Of a stretch of 64,000 bases of DNA, positions 30,588 through 41,643 are shown piece by piece. This DNA comes from Fistulifera solaris (lineage: Eukaryota), in NCBI GenBank assembly GCA_030295235.1, contig AP026130.1, forward strand, positions 186,001 to 250,000. Reading direction: 5' to 3'. Position 1 is the first letter of the stretch, and each line of letters starts with the position of its first letter. The position numbers and the translations under genes are program-made. The notes beneath the pieces were generated by a model, which was not told the DNA's origin, did not search any database, and saw only the letters and a program-made list of their open reading frames with translations.

Positions 30588-31934
30588 ATGAGACCATCTT
30601 TGATATTCTTTATCATCGCCTTAGGCTTGTTGAACATAATTCACTCGCAAGGTAATGGACACGATGCCCACAAATTGGCTCTATTTGAGGACTGGATCCG
30701 CACGAATGCATGGATGCATTCGAATGTCACTCTTTCGACATTTCCCCAAGGAAACGGCCTAAAAGCTACATCGGCTCTACCAGAAAATACAAAAATTATG
30801 ACAATCCCCATTGATTTGCAAATATCGCGAGAGAGCATGACGAAGTCACTCCTCTCTCGCTGTAACGATTCTTCCATCGATGCGAATGAGTTCATGGAGG
30901 TTTTAAAATATTTACATGACGCAGAACTTATAACTATCGGGATGGTGATTGAAAATGGTTTCGACGAGAAATCGCTTTTCTATCCATACCTATCAATTCT
31001 TTCTACCGAAACCCCTCAGCTCTTGTTTGCTTGGAATCAGAAAGAGCTTGACTTTCTTCAAGACGATCAACTCGTCGGGCTTGCCCTAGATACAGCTCGA
31101 CGACTTGAGTACGTATGGAACAAACTTTCACAGTCACAGTACCTTCCAAGCATTACTACAAATTCAAGCAGTCTCTCGCTAGAATCTTTTCAACGATTCT
31201 ATGCCATCACCTTGTCACATTCTATGTGGCTTACCGACAATATGCTAAGGATCGTGCCAATGGCCGAACAAATCAATCATGCTCCATCCCATCAGCCGGA
31301 CTCCGCGTTTTCTGCTTTTCACGTCCGCAATGAAACTGATGGATCCATTTCAGTGTTTTTGGATCGAAATGTTGTAGAAGGAGAGCAGATTTACGAAGAG
31401 TACGACCGATTGGATAATTCGTGGCACTTGCTCCAATTCGGTTTTGTTGCCGAGGACAATCCTTATCATTGTGTTGTTCTTCACTTGGTCCCAGCGGACG
31501 TTCATTGGGATGGCACTGCTTGTGTACGTCAAGACAATACTTACATCCCAGACAAGCATGTCGATCAGCTGATTGCGCGATATACGGATAATTCTGAATG
31601 CTTGGAACAAATTCGTTCGTTTGACGCACGAGGCATTGAAGAAAGTTGTTCGGCTACAGCGATTGCCTCAACTGATCAGACTAGTGCTCCTGCTTTGGAC
31701 AAAACGTTGGTAAGAAATGCGGCGCGACGAGACTCTCGAAGTGATCCTGCGTTACTAGAAAGTCTGAAAGAGCAACTGGAACAGATTGAGGAGGGTTCGA
31801 CCGTGTTTGCGGCAGATATCAACCCCAAACGACTGGCCCTAGCGATACGATTTCGACTTGAAGACGCTAAGCTGGTTTTTAAATTGACGCAGATAGATAT
31901 CGTCGACGAACGAACTACAACGGACGAGCTTTAA
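30588..31934 (+). CDS. SET-domain (Rubisco LSMT/SETD3-like) methyltransferase with signal peptide and C-terminal TDEL
   Basis: GNGLKAT, IMTIP, FYPYLSIL, IVPMAEQINH and GEQIYEEY...LLQFGF. N-terminus MRPSLIFFIIALGLLNIIHS; ends ...TTTDEL*. Confidence 0.82.
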   Translation: MRPSLIFFIIALGLLNIIHSQGNGHDAHKLALFEDWIRTNAWMHSNVTLSTFPQGNGLKATSALPENTKIMTIPIDLQISRESMTKSLLSRCNDSSIDANEFMEVLKYLHDAELITIGMVIENGFDEKSLFYPYLSILSTETPQLLFAWNQKELDFLQDDQLVGLALDTARRLEYVWNKLSQSQYLPSITTNSSSLSLESFQRFYAITLSHSMWLTDNMLRIVPMAEQINHAPSHQPDSAFSAFHVRNETDGSISVFLDRNVVEGEQIYEEYDRLDNSWHLLQFGFVAEDNPYHCVVLHLVPADVHWDGTACVRQDNTYIPDKHVDQLIARYTDNSECLEQIRSFDARGIEESCSATAIASTDQTSAPALDKTLVRNAARRDSRSDPALLESLKEQLEQIEEGSTVFAADINPKRLALAIRFRLEDAKLVFKLTQIDIVDERTTTDEL

Positions 31935-32044
31935 CTCATATATAAAATGTACATGAATGAACATCAAAAATCCATTTGTTCACTTATATTATTTTAGTTT
32001 GCGAGAGAGACGTTGTCCCGCTCGAAGACGACGCTCCAATAACA

Positions 32045-32578
32045 TTAATCATCTTCATCATCGTCGTCAATCAGTGGATCGTCATGCTCAGCACGAAATT
32101 TTCGAACCAGCTCCATTTCATTGTAGTGTCGTTTCCTATGTTCCTTAAACTCCATCGCCTTCATTTCCTTCTTTCGCTCCTCCTCCACATCCGAGTGATC
32201 GGATGTGTGCGATGGACTGCTTGGAAACGCCTCTCGCACCGCCGCCACACTATCTAATCGCGTCTGTAAGGTATCCCAACTGATGCTTTCTTTTTGCGTT
32301 GCGGGTGACTTGGGGCGACGCGAGTCGTCGCTTTCGGCCCCCGAATCGTAATGCATGTACGGAGTATTCGGTTCTTCAATTTTCATTCGCGTACCGCGCA
32401 AGAGATCGTGCTCTTCAATCGCTGCTTCATCCCACTTTAAATGCCGGTCTTTGTTGTTATTGTGTGTCGTTTTCTTTTTCCGCAAGGCGGGCTTGGCTCG
32501 GCGATGCTGGCCTTCACCAATCTCTCGGGCACTCGGTTTGCGATCGTCTTCTGACGATTCCGAATCGCTCATTGTCAT
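32045..32578 (-). CDS. PPP1R2: Protein phosphatase 1 inhibitor-2
   Basis: HLKWDE, MKIEEPNTPY and FKEHRKRHYNE motifs. Confidence 0.9.
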   Translation of the reverse strand: MTMSDSESSEDDRKPSAREIGEGQHRRAKPALRKKKTTHNNNKDRHLKWDEAAIEEHDLLRGTRMKIEEPNTPYMHYDSGAESDDSRRPKSPATQKESISWDTLQTRLDSVAAVREAFPSSPSHTSDHSDVEEERKKEMKAMEFKEHRKRHYNEMELVRKFRAEHDDPLIDDDDEDD

Positions 32579-33021
32579 CAGACTACGTCTTTGTGCCTTG
32601 TGTTGTGTGTTCTACTTAATAGCTTGTGTTCACGGTGCTTCGGTGGTCTTTTTAAAAGGTGTCACGATAGCACACACGCGAAGCGTTTTGTTTTGAAACG
32701 CAATATAAAAGTGCCACTGTGAACCGTGCGTGATCGTGATGGCTGGACCTGCCCGCCGGCCGTTTGAATCCCAGAAATTGCACTATGGGCTGATCAGTAG
32801 ATTACTTTTTTTCAATGCAATGCCGGTGCGATTGCAGTGCCACTGACGGGATCGTGAATGAAGAATGCATTCGAACAAAAGCTCGAGCCAAGATGCTCGA
32901 GCACAATATAGAACATAAAACTGCGTTTATGCTACAAGTATTGCTCTTTTGTTGTTTGCACGATAGAGTATCGCATAAAAATCTTCAAACTTTGTAACTT
33001 TGATAACTGTTTAGAACGATC

Positions 33022-33750
33022 ATGGTGGCGATTTCAAACAAACTCGCTCTGGGTGCTGGTGAGAAACTTCTAAGTAGTCGCTCTCTGTTAACCTCTTCGT
33101 GCTGACATTAAGCTTTTCGCTTGGTCTCTTACTTCTATTAGGGTGCTATTGGGGTACAGAGAAATTCATTGTCAAGGACTTTCAGAAGAAATTTCCAGGA
33201 TCAGTAAAGGACGCTAAAGTTGGATTCATGTCGCCCGATCCGAACGCCATGGCGAACCCCTCCTACCGTCAGGTAAGTTCACATACGCAATATATCTCTT
33301 TCGTTCTTTATTCTTGTTTTAAAAGCGGAGAGTCTCATCTTTTGTTCCAAGGTATGCTCCGGAACCACGGGTCACGTGGAAGTGTTGTGGGTGGAATTGA
33401 ATGATCCATCGACGACCTTCGAACCCCTCATTCGTTTCTTTTTTCAATTCCACGATCCGACGACCAAAGATCGTCAAGGCAACGATACGGGGTCGCAATA
33501 CGGATCGGCCATCTTTTGTGACGATGAGGCACAAAAGAGTATTGCACAAAAGGTCAAAGCGGAAGTACAGCAATTGATGGATGCGGGGAAAATCAACAGT
33601 TATGCCAAGAAGCAAGTCGAAACGATTATTGTGGATATGAATCCGTTTTATCCGGCACATGAAGAGCATCAGCAGTATCTGGAAAAGAATCCTTCGGGAT
33701 ATTGCAATCATTATTACCGTTTCAAAGAATGGCCAACTTCTTTGAATTGA
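33022..33750 (+). CDS. msrA: Peptide methionine sulfoxide reductase A (introns 33059-33141 and 33273-33351)
   Basis: Spliced GAGCYWGTE, NPSYRQ-VCSGTTGHVEV, HDPTT..RQGND.GSQY and FYPAHEEHQQYL. Confidence 0.93.
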
Positions 33751-33903
33751 AATGATGTTAAGAAGGGCCGAAACGAAGGATGCTGCATTGTAATGTAACT
33801 GCAACACAAGGATCAGACCAGTAGAAACAATAGCAAGATGATGATTGATAAATGAACAAAGTAAATAAATTATACAGGCAACTGATTATTGTAGCGTTTC
33901 GGC

Positions 33904-35229
33904 CTAGCAAATCCCGGGCATGTTCAGCATTTGTGCATTATAGACCCATGGCTGAAACTGTATTCCATCGTCGGCAAAACATACGTAGAGAACTGTGTAA
34001 GCTGCTGCACTCAGTGCTGCCACTTTTAACGTGAAGATCGTTAATAAGAACGGAAGTCTCAACAGGAACCGGAACAAAGCGACTGTTAATTGCGTCCACA
34101 TTCGTAGAAAAAGTAAAGGCAATGAGGTTCGTTGCATGGGGATCGGCTCTTCAGCTTCGTCTAGAGTCAATTCTACCGAATCGTCTTTCTTGGAAGTAAT
34201 ACTATTCTCCGTTTCGGCTGTAGCGTCATCGTCGGATAGTGGGAGTAATGTCGCATCGGAAGACGTGACAACACTGTTTTCGTTACATGTATCGGCTTTC
34301 TTCGACATATCCATTAATGGTGACACACTACTTGGCGGTGCAATCCCTTGCAATTGTTTGATTCGTTTCGATACAGTGAAGGTATTCGTCCTTAATGGGG
34401 CTAACATTGTGTTTTCGTCATTCATAAGTGCAGATCGTTTAACTCCGATTTCGTTATCTTTTGATAACTGATCGGCTAAGGCAACAGAATCGTTCTTACC
34501 AACCGTAGCTTTTCCTCCGTCGCTTTCACTATGGTCCTTGCAGCTGACATTTGGATCCTCTTGCACACCAGTTGAGTCAAGAGGTGATGTTGGTCTTTCA
34601 GTAATTCGGTGCGGTATCTTTCGAGTGTCTTCAAGAGGAGCAACTTGTTCGTCAACTGCATCCAATCGCGCAGTTGTAAATAGCTCAGTCTCATCTTTTT
34701 CAGTGAAGATCGGAGTACTTATCGCAGCAGAGCGAACGAAACAACTCTTTTCAAGTCTACCTTCTTTTCCAGTTTGACTGACATGACAGCCGTCAGCGTT
34801 TATTTCCTGTACCGCTACAAAGGCCGGAGCGTCTATATTTGGTGCATGAGCGTATTCATCTTGTTTGCAGGTATCGACAAATGGTTTACATCCGTTGTTC
34901 ACTGGTGCAATAATACCATCTGGGGGAAAAGACAATGTGTTTAAGCTTTTCTCATGGCGGTTTTCTTCTCCTTTGTTGTCACCAGAGCAAGAAAACTTGA
35001 CTTTCCTTTGTTTTATCCTTTGATTCGACAATCTTCTAGGCGTAATCTCCTCATTCGGATGACCGACGACTGCTTGTTTCTTGACGCTGCGTCGTCGAAT
35101 AGAGCTATAGTTCTCAGCTCGTTTTTCGGAAGTACGGCCAAAGTCATCGAGACAGGGTCTGCACGGTTTCGAGGCGTACGGGTCCCCGGAAAGCACCGAC
35201 TCGCTAATAAATGTGCTGTTGCGATTCAT
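33904..35229 (-). CDS. Hypothetical disordered protein with a C-terminal hydrophobic anchor
   Basis: 441-aa ORF; hydrophobic C-terminal segments followed by ADDG...NMPGIC*. Confidence 0.65.
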   Translation of the reverse strand: MNRNSTFISESVLSGDPYASKPCRPCLDDFGRTSEKRAENYSSIRRRSVKKQAVVGHPNEEITPRRLSNQRIKQRKVKFSCSGDNKGEENRHEKSLNTLSFPPDGIIAPVNNGCKPFVDTCKQDEYAHAPNIDAPAFVAVQEINADGCHVSQTGKEGRLEKSCFVRSAAISTPIFTEKDETELFTTARLDAVDEQVAPLEDTRKIPHRITERPTSPLDSTGVQEDPNVSCKDHSESDGGKATVGKNDSVALADQLSKDNEIGVKRSALMNDENTMLAPLRTNTFTVSKRIKQLQGIAPPSSVSPLMDMSKKADTCNENSVVTSSDATLLPLSDDDATAETENSITSKKDDSVELTLDEAEEPIPMQRTSLPLLFLRMWTQLTVALFRFLLRLPFLLTIFTLKVAALSAAAYTVLYVCFADDGIQFQPWVYNAQMLNMPGIC

Positions 35230-35713
35230 TGAAAGGGTAATCTCTCAACATCGGATTGTTGCATTTGTATGTTGCAACACAATAATACGACCCGCGTGAA
35301 GGTTTCGAAATTCATTCGAACTGCCGCCGAAAAATCGCACAACAACCGATTCAAACCGTTGACCGTTATAACCAACATTTTACACGATATCAGTAGGTAC
35401 CGTTTCAGTTTTGTATAGCCAGTTGTGTAGTCTCGTGTCTTTTCTGATCTTCGGTGAATTTAAGGTGAAGGTTATGGCTATGGATTCGAATGAATCATCT
35501 ACAAGGTATTATAGTCGGTCATCGTCCTTGGTTAACCATGGCTAATAGAGATGATTACCAGGTAAGGTCTCGCTAGTCGCTAGGCTAATGACAATGAGAA
35601 GGGACAAAAAGTAAAAAGATAGAAGAACCTATAATAACTTATCTACTGGTATGATTAAAATATAGAGGTCAACGTGTTCAGTTGTTTTATTTAGCAAACC
35701 ACACTCCTCCTTG

Positions 35714-37738
35714 TTACACCAAACCAGGTCGACTGTGCATCTCGCTGTAGAGTCCTCCTATCCCAAAGTCTCCATAATACATCCATACCGTCGCTAATAG
35801 GACGATCGTGGCCGAGGACACAGTTGTAGCCAGTAGAATTCGTACGGGAAGCCCAATGAAGATAGTCCACAAGATGGTCTTGATCAGGTCAAAAACATGC
35901 CCATAAAGAGTATCACAATATTTGCTTCTTCGGGAGGCGGCGGCGGTGCTGTTTTCTTTTTTCGACAATCTTCTTTTCCTTTTGTGGCTCAACCGTCACT
36001 GCATCTGTATTGACGCCAACATCTCGACCCGGGGTTTTCGAAGCTACAACGGGTGGAGGTGACGTCGGTTCAGTTGCTCCATTGGCCATGTGTTGCGACG
36101 CAAAGATCATCGTGGAAATTGCTGTGCAATAGTGTTCTCGAACCGTTCGGGCGGTGAGGTATATGGAGTCCAAATCATATTCCCTTTCATTTGCTTCCCT
36201 GTCAATGTACAAGATATTCCCCAAAGGTTCATTTTCGGCATTCTTGTACTCGATCCAGTCGGATCCATCCGCTAGCTGATGACGGACGTTATCTTCTCCG
36301 TAGAGTGCCAACAGAGACGAATCGGCATTGATGCGGGCCACCACTTCCAGTGTCGAAGCTTTCGTGGCATCGGCCGACATTTCGTAGAGCTTGGAAGTTT
36401 GCTGACCCGCACCGAACCACAATTCTCGTTCTGACGCCACTCCGTAGGGACGGCGCACAATGAATGTAGCCTTGTCGGATTCATACTCGTGCACCGTGTC
36501 TTTGGTGGCACGAATCAAAGCGTCACGATCCGGGACAACCGATGGATCTTGCTTGTTGCGCTTTGGGTGAGGCGTCGGGACGTGACGTCGACGAGGTGAC
36601 ATGAGCATGGGAGACGACATTTTCGGTGATAAAAAACCAATGGTCGGCCGACCCGATACTTGACCCCGGGCCAACTTGACCGCTGCCGCATCTCCTTCCC
36701 GATCCGCCAAGCGAACAATGTCCTCCATACTCGGAGCTGTTCGGCGTTGCAGCTGCTTCACTTCATCTTGTAATTTCGCTACTTGTTTGAGAGCATCTGC
36801 TTTCTCATTCTCGGCGCGAATCAGTTCCTTTTGCATCCTTAGCTCGGGCGTTTGGGATGTCGTCGAGTCCGTCGTCAAGGACTTGGCCACTTCTTTCATG
36901 TTTCGCAAGATTTCCATGCGATTCGCACTCGCCATAGACTTGGGTGGCTGATTTTCTTGCAGCATGTCGGGTGGTGATGGAGCCGATGTTACCGGGGTGT
37001 CGGCCTGTGTCTTGAATGGAAACGGTGTCGCCCCGGCCTTGGTAGTATTTACTTCCTCCTTAGGTGTCTCTGCGTGCTTGTCAGGAAACGGCGTAACTCC
37101 GGCGTATTGGGTATTGCCTCCGTTGACTTTACTGACGTGCGGAGTTCCTTTGTTCATAGGAAAGCTTTTGAAAGCAGGAGTCGCTACCGGTGCCGGCGGC
37201 TCCTCGCTGAACGAGACAGCGCTCATTTTCGCCGGCGAAATGGGCAAGCTCGCCGGGGGCTGTGGAATAGGACGTGATTCTTGCGGCGCGAAGGATACTG
37301 ACGGTGGTGGTCCTGGTTTGGGTGGTGGTGGAGGAGGTCGCACGGGAGGAGCACTGCGTGACCGACTCGAAGGGTTTTCACCCGAAAACGAAGCATCCAA
37401 ACGACGTGCTAAGGTTTCTGCCTGAGGTCCTTCGAGAATGGTAGCCGCGGGTTGAAGTTTTTGTCGCTTTTGGGTGCGGTAGGAAAAAGGTCACTGTGAC
37501 GGACTTCCAAACGTCCCCGCGACGGCATTTGCGGAACGGCAAGCTGCGAGCGAGCCATATTTAGGACCGAGCTTTTTTCACGTTGTTGTTGCAACATTCG
37601 AATTTGTTCTCGGCGGTAAGCGATTGCTTCATCAACCTGATTGTCGGTTGCATTACTGTCGTGCTTTGGCGTGCCTCCGGCTCGCATTTTTTTCAGAGGC
37701 TGAGACATGGGGTGTCCGGGTGAGACCGCTGTTTGCAT
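35714..37738 (-). CDS. Hypothetical Pro-rich/coiled-coil protein with a C-terminal hydrophobic anchor (frameshifts ~37405 and ~35960)
   Basis: Three consecutive minus-strand ORFs; repeated TPF/TPH motifs, a coiled coil, and a C-terminal TM segment followed by GDFG...SRPGLV*. Confidence 0.6.
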
Positions 37739-38192
37739 AATGTCAAATCCTGACGAGAATAAGCTATAGAAGAAGAATTAAAAGACGCAAGAAGATTTGC
37801 ACCGGGTGAAAAGAAAGGTAATTGTTGTTTGCTTTTGCTACAAAACAACATGAAACGCAATGCCTGGTAAATAATTAACACGCGACCGCACCTATTTTTT
37901 GCCTTTGCCTGGTATGCCTCTTTATCGCAGTGCTCGCATTGGATTCCGCTCCTACACAAAGAACCAGTGTGAATGATGCGCACTACCGCGCGAGAAGAGC
38001 CGTTTTCATGCGTTCAATAAAACATGCAATATGTCGCACCGCTACCTGTGCATGAATACACACACCACACACGGAGCAAAATGGAGCAAGGCAGAGTGCG
38101 CGCAGTGATGGTGATGACAGTAAACACAATGATAAAAACAAACGGCTGAGCTTATCATTTGTGCTTTTGTACTGCAACTATAGAGCTTAAAA

Positions 38193-41167
38193 ATGGATGA
38201 TTCTTTTTATAACGAAGAAGAAACACAAGGAACTGGGACTGCTGAACCGCCAGAAGTCTGGCTCGAAGCGACTCCAAATGATCAAGCCTGGATGGAGAAA
38301 TTTGGGAGGCTTGTCCTGTTCCGAGAGGCTCACGGACACTGCAATGTTTCAAAAAATTTCGAAGATAAAGAACTGGGATCATGGGTCGCGAATCAAAAAT
38401 CGTTTCAACGCGCCGGAACGTTGCGCAAAGATCGCGAGAAGTTGTTGAACGAGATCGAATTCACGTGGACGGTGCCGGGCAAACAGGAATCAACCAGTAG
38501 TGTGAAGTTGTCATGGATGGATCGCTACAATCAACTCGTTGCCTTTAAAGAGAAACATGGACATTTTCAGGTCACGAAAGATGACACGCCTTTGAAAAAT
38601 TGGGTCAGTGCTCAGCGATTGGTTTATCGGTCGGGCACCATGCGTCAAGAGCGAAAGGATTTGCTCGACAAAATCGGTTTCGTGTGGAATGCACGGAAGG
38701 GACGCCAGACAACTGCGGCGCCAAAATTCGGCTTGACTTCTGTGCAAAACAATGAAGAGTCGTGGAATCGAATGTTTGAGCGATTGAAGCGTTTTTATCA
38801 GCAACACGGGCATACCGATGTCCAAGCGAACTCGGATGATTTGGAACTCTTGCAATGGGTTTCGCTGCAACGAAATTTACACAAACTGGGGCATTTGGAC
38901 GTAAAGTACGAAACGGCGCTTCGTGAGATAGGGTTGACGTGGGAGCCGCAAGCACTGCAGCATAACGCCCCCAAGAATGATCGCCAAATGTCCCCGACTC
39001 GAGAGGACGAACTCTGGATGTCTCAGTTTCGACTGCTCTGTGAATTTCATCAGCAGAACGGGCACACATGTATACCGCGTACGGGTGAGACCAGTGCGTT
39101 AGCTCAGTGGTGGTTTGTTCAGCAGCGTCTTTTGGAAAGAGGTAGGCTTTCGGAAGACAAGAAAAAGAAACTCGCGAATTTTTTGAGAGACGAGTCGTCG
39201 ATGGCGACAACAGCGATTAACTCAAACAGTACATCGCGTGAACCGCAATTCGCATCAGTAAATGAAGGTTCAACGTTGTTACCAATATTCAGTCATGCAC
39301 AAGACTCGTCAATGGCAGCGGCTTCATTGGAAGTAGGAACGGTTCCTTTCACATCAGTACCAAAAATTGTAGAACCAACATCGGGATTGGTGTCCAGCCA
39401 TGCACTAGGTGCTTCAATAGCAGCACTATCTGCCTCAATAGCAACCGCTTCAATGGAGGCAGATCCAGCTCGTGTTCATGATCTGGTTGCCAGCGTCGGA
39501 GACTCGGGTCAGAAAATTCCAACCACATCATCGACGATTAATACGGCAGATATTTCTTCAGAAGATCCTCGTGTTCGGCTTGCACACCACGCTTCACAAA
39601 CACAATTGATTGCAAACGCGACAGCGGCAGGAGCTTCGTCGACAGCGGTAAAGTCTTCCAACGCCGATAGCGAAACTCCGATAATCATTCAAAAGTTCGC
39701 CATCGGTACGCGGATAGAAAAAAGTTTTTGAGGTGGACGGAGTGTTACAGGTATTTGGTGGTAATGTCTTTTCGTTCGAACAGTTTGAAGAGGACGATGG
39801 TACTCACACGTGGGGGTATATGATCCATTATGATGACGGAGACAAAGAGCATATGTTAGAAGCAGATGTAGAAAAGTATCTGGTTGTCGTAAAGAAACAA
39901 AAGCGTGCAACGAAAAGTCATCAAAACCCAAAGTCATCTAAACGAGCGAAACAAACAAGTCCGTCGAGCAGAGAAGATAACTCAGCGCCGTCCGCGGAGA
40001 CAACCACTGCAACTATTTTGAACGAAGCCGTAGCGTCTGCTGTCCGGGACGCAGCAACAAGCAGCGTTACTACTTCCGCAGGAACTCTAAAAGACTCATC
40101 AATATCTAGAGCAAGCTCGGAAACAAACAAAAAATCTGGAGAAAAAGAGGCTGGACGAGAGTCTCGTGGAAGGGACGCAAAGCTGTTGCGGCCATCTGGT
40201 GAAATTCCGAAGGAACCACGAACCACAGCCGGTGTTAAAGAGAAAGTCTCAGCGAGTTCGAAACCGATGAATGAATTAGATAACGATAGCTCATCGTCAG
40301 AGGATGAGCCTTTGCATTTGCTGGTCCGCAAACCAGCTCGGTCGAGTGGGAGAAAAGCCAATCAAGACGTTCAAAGCGATGGAGTCGATCTGGAGCAGTT
40401 GTATCTGCCAGACAGCCCTGAAGTCCAGACGGGCGCAACGGCGACAAATCAAGAAAAAGATATGGAAAACGAAGTTGTGCGCAAAGATGACTTTGTGCGA
40501 CGGTCTTTAAATCAGCAATATCAAACTGTCGCAAATGATGCAAATCAAGAGAAAGCGATACAGCACGAGCTTGCTGATAAGGACCATCGGTCTCGGATGC
40601 CTGTTAGCCAGCAATATCATACTGCCCCAGAAAATTCGAATCAAGAGAAAGAGATACAAAAACAGATTTCTGGTAAAGATCAACAGTCACGATTGCCGCT
40701 GAACCAGCAAAATCAAAGTGTAGCAAAGATTGCGAATCAAGAAAAGAGAAACAACACGAGCTTGTTAATAAGGATCAGCTGATACATTTACCAGTGAACC
40801 AGCAAAATCAAAATGTTGCAAAGAAACCGAATGAAGCGAAAGAGATGATTCGGCACGAGATAGTGGACCTTGTCGATAATGACGATGATGAAGAGGAGGA
40901 CGAGGAATCAACGATAGCTAACTCACGGCAAACCTCGAATGAAACGGTGAACCCTCCTCAAAGGTTTCCAAAGGGTACGACTATTTCGAGAAAGTTTTTG
41001 ATCTGAGTGACAACGAACGGGAAAAGTCATATGGGGGTAAAGTTATTGACTTTGTATACCTAGCGCTGGAGAAAGACTGGTATTACTTCATTCAGTACGA
41101 CGATGGAGACACGGAGTTTATGGACGAATGGGAAGTAGCAAAATTCTCGGCGTTGTTGCGGAGATAA
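38193..41167 (+). CDS. Helicase-associated (HA) repeat x4 + two Tudor-like (YDDGD) domains, paralog 1 (frameshifts ~39722, ~40750, ~41000)
   Basis: W..KF..LV.F...HGHCNV....LG.WV..Q...L..I.F.W repeats; FAIGTRIEK...YMIHYDDGDKEHM; C-terminal FPKGTTISRKF...FIQYDDGDTEFM. Confidence 0.82.
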
Positions 41168-41643
41168 GAAGCAAATCGTTCTCCAGATCTGTTGAATGCG
41201 GTGGAAGAAGAGTGACTGACAGTTTGAGTTCTGTTTGAATGAATTCTGCCTGGCGCTCACTGAATAAAAGAGGCAAAAAGTGAAGCGACGTTGTGGTGTT
41301 ATGGTTCTGTACACAGCTGTAGGAAGGGATAGCAACTGAAATTGACATTCACATCTAACAAGCACTTGTATGGAGAAGCTAAATAGCAGCACGGCTGATC
41401 CTTGCTTGGCAAAAGATCCCTGTTTTACTAAACAACAATGTTAACTTTTGACGGGACAGAAATCAAGAAGAAAGATAGTGGATGATAGCAATAATCGCAC
41501 CGTTATTGCTTGCTTCGAATTTCGAAAAAGAAACCATGATGATTTCATTCATTCGTTGCCGTGATCATTATGTTCCCTTCTCTCCAACAAGGAAAATAAG
41601 TTGTGCTCGTTTATTGCATAAACACCTGACAGATAATATCAAT

